A stretch of DNA of 63,981 nt, counting the filler, from Lenisia limosa (taxonomy: Eukaryota; Protista; Breviatea): the NCBI GenBank assembly GCA_001655205.1. It is 14 parts of 14 records of this genome, joined end to end, with 100 filler letters (N's around TTAATTAATTAA, not from the genome) between each part and the next. Parts side by side here need not be neighbours in the genome. Positions count along the whole stretch, not along the records: positions 62,951 to 63,981 come from LPNZ01002310.1; 13 more parts are not named here. One strand, given 5' to 3'. Numbering within the stretch: position 1 is the first letter of the stretch; each line of letters starts with the position of its first letter. The position numbers were made by a program, and so were the translations under genes. Of this stretch, positions 62,851 to 63,981 are shown one piece after another. The notes beneath the pieces are model-generated. The model was not told the origin of the DNA and made no database searches. It saw only the letters and a list, made by a program, of their open reading frames with translations.

Positions 62851-63393
62851 NNNNNNNNNNNNNNNNNNNNNNNNNNNNNNNNNNNNNNNNNNNNTTAATT
62901 AATTAANNNNNNNNNNNNNNNNNNNNNNNNNNNNNNNNNNNNNNNNNNNNATATTTATATGCATGTGTGTGTAAATAGCGATAAATGTTCCCCTTTTAAA
63001 AAAGTGACTTGTAATATTACTTTGTTTACTACTATCGACATATGCCGATGAGCGATATTTTACCTGTTTTTTTCGAACCAAAGTCCCCCTTCCCCCACAT
63101 GACAACTCAATACAAGATACGCCCTACCTGACAGATACGACCAGGGCAGCCCAGGCCGCGAGCAAGAAGAAGATCATCTGTTCTTACGTTCAAAAGTTCT
63201 GATACATTTTTATCCGTCTCAACTCCCTCTCTACTCTTTACTCTGTCTCTGCTAAAAAAAAACTCAAACAATTAACAGAATACAACACCCAAACAACCAC
63301 AACACAATGAACCAATAACAAACCTCAAGTTTGCGCGCGCTCGTGGCGCATACCCCCTCCCCTCACCAATAAACTTCGTCATTTTATTTCCAG

Positions 63394-63643
63394 GTTGTGC
63401 TTACCATGGAGTCGACCCTCTCTCAACTAAACAACCAAAAACGAGTGCGAGACAACAAGTGGAGCAAGAGTCCTCTTGCTTCATCCTCCATTCTTCCCAC
63501 TCACCACTTGGCTCCCAATACCCCTTCACAACACCACCCTACAACCTCGCATCATAATCGTTGCCGACTTGGAGTGTCCCATTTGCTTCGACATCTTTGT
63601 CGATCCCGTCACTAACACTTGCCGACATTCCCTCTGTAAACAT
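63394..63643 (+). CDS. RING-HC zinc finger exon(s) (motif appears incomplete)
   Basis: DLECPICFDIFVDPVTNTCRHSLCKH; the expected following Cys and the final CxxC cannot be reached by an obvious splice. Confidence 0.6.
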
Positions 63644-63866
63644 GTTGGTGGGGGGCTGTTGAGCTATTCACTTAGTCTACTAAATTCACCTTGCAAAACT
63701 GGCTTGGGCTTTGCTTGTTTTGCTTTCAAACTCTTGTATGTTGCTAGCCAACAGAGTTGATTTGACAACCCCCACCTCTCCATCATTTAGAGGGTTACTG
63801 TTTGTTACTTAGTGCTATTTTTTAGGGTTTTGCCTCTATCTTTTGTCTACTAATTCAAAACCCCAG

Positions 63867-63981
63867 GACTTGAGCGCCCAAGTGTGAAACTAGCTGAGGA
63901 GGAGATAAAGGTCATAGCAGTCCATGAAGCTGGTCATTCCCTTGTGTCATGGATGCAGAAGTCAACTAGTCCGTTGATGAA
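63867..63981 (+). CDS. FtsH/paraplegin/AFG3L2-type M41 metallopeptidase exon (runs off window)
   Basis: After acceptor CCCCAG: GLERPSVKLAEEEIKVIAVHEAGHSLVSWMQKSTSPLM, containing the HEAGH zinc motif in the FtsH context GLEx..ExKxVAxHEAGHA. Confidence 0.85.

Overview
Draft genome of an intron-rich eukaryote, probably a protist; the lineage cannot be assigned from sequence alone. It appears to use the standard code (TAA, TAG and TGA all seem to terminate genes). The window is not contiguous: 13 artificial 100-nt spacers (N44-TTAATTAATTAA-N44) join 14 separate pieces, and most other N gaps fall at G/C homopolymers. Exons were reconstructed by eye, so boundaries are approximate and many genes are partial. 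Recognisable genes: a CHK2-like FHA kinase, a LamG-like protein, a USP9X/24/34-like N-terminal HEAT region, STRIP1/Far11, an NFRKB-like winged-helix protein, a divergent XRN exoribonuclease (with an internally deleted Tc1 element in an intron), cathepsin B, URB2, a possible M8 peptidase tail, DDX5/DBP2, and a RING finger next to an FtsH/paraplegin M41 exon. The most interesting signal is in the introns. A dispersed ~110-160 nt repeat (family A, 9 copies) starts at a candidate GC splice donor, making it a candidate GC-AG introner family. There are also three or four intronic MITE/structured repeat families, recurrent short duplications copying splice sites, and a strong pattern of G-runs after donors and C-runs before acceptors.
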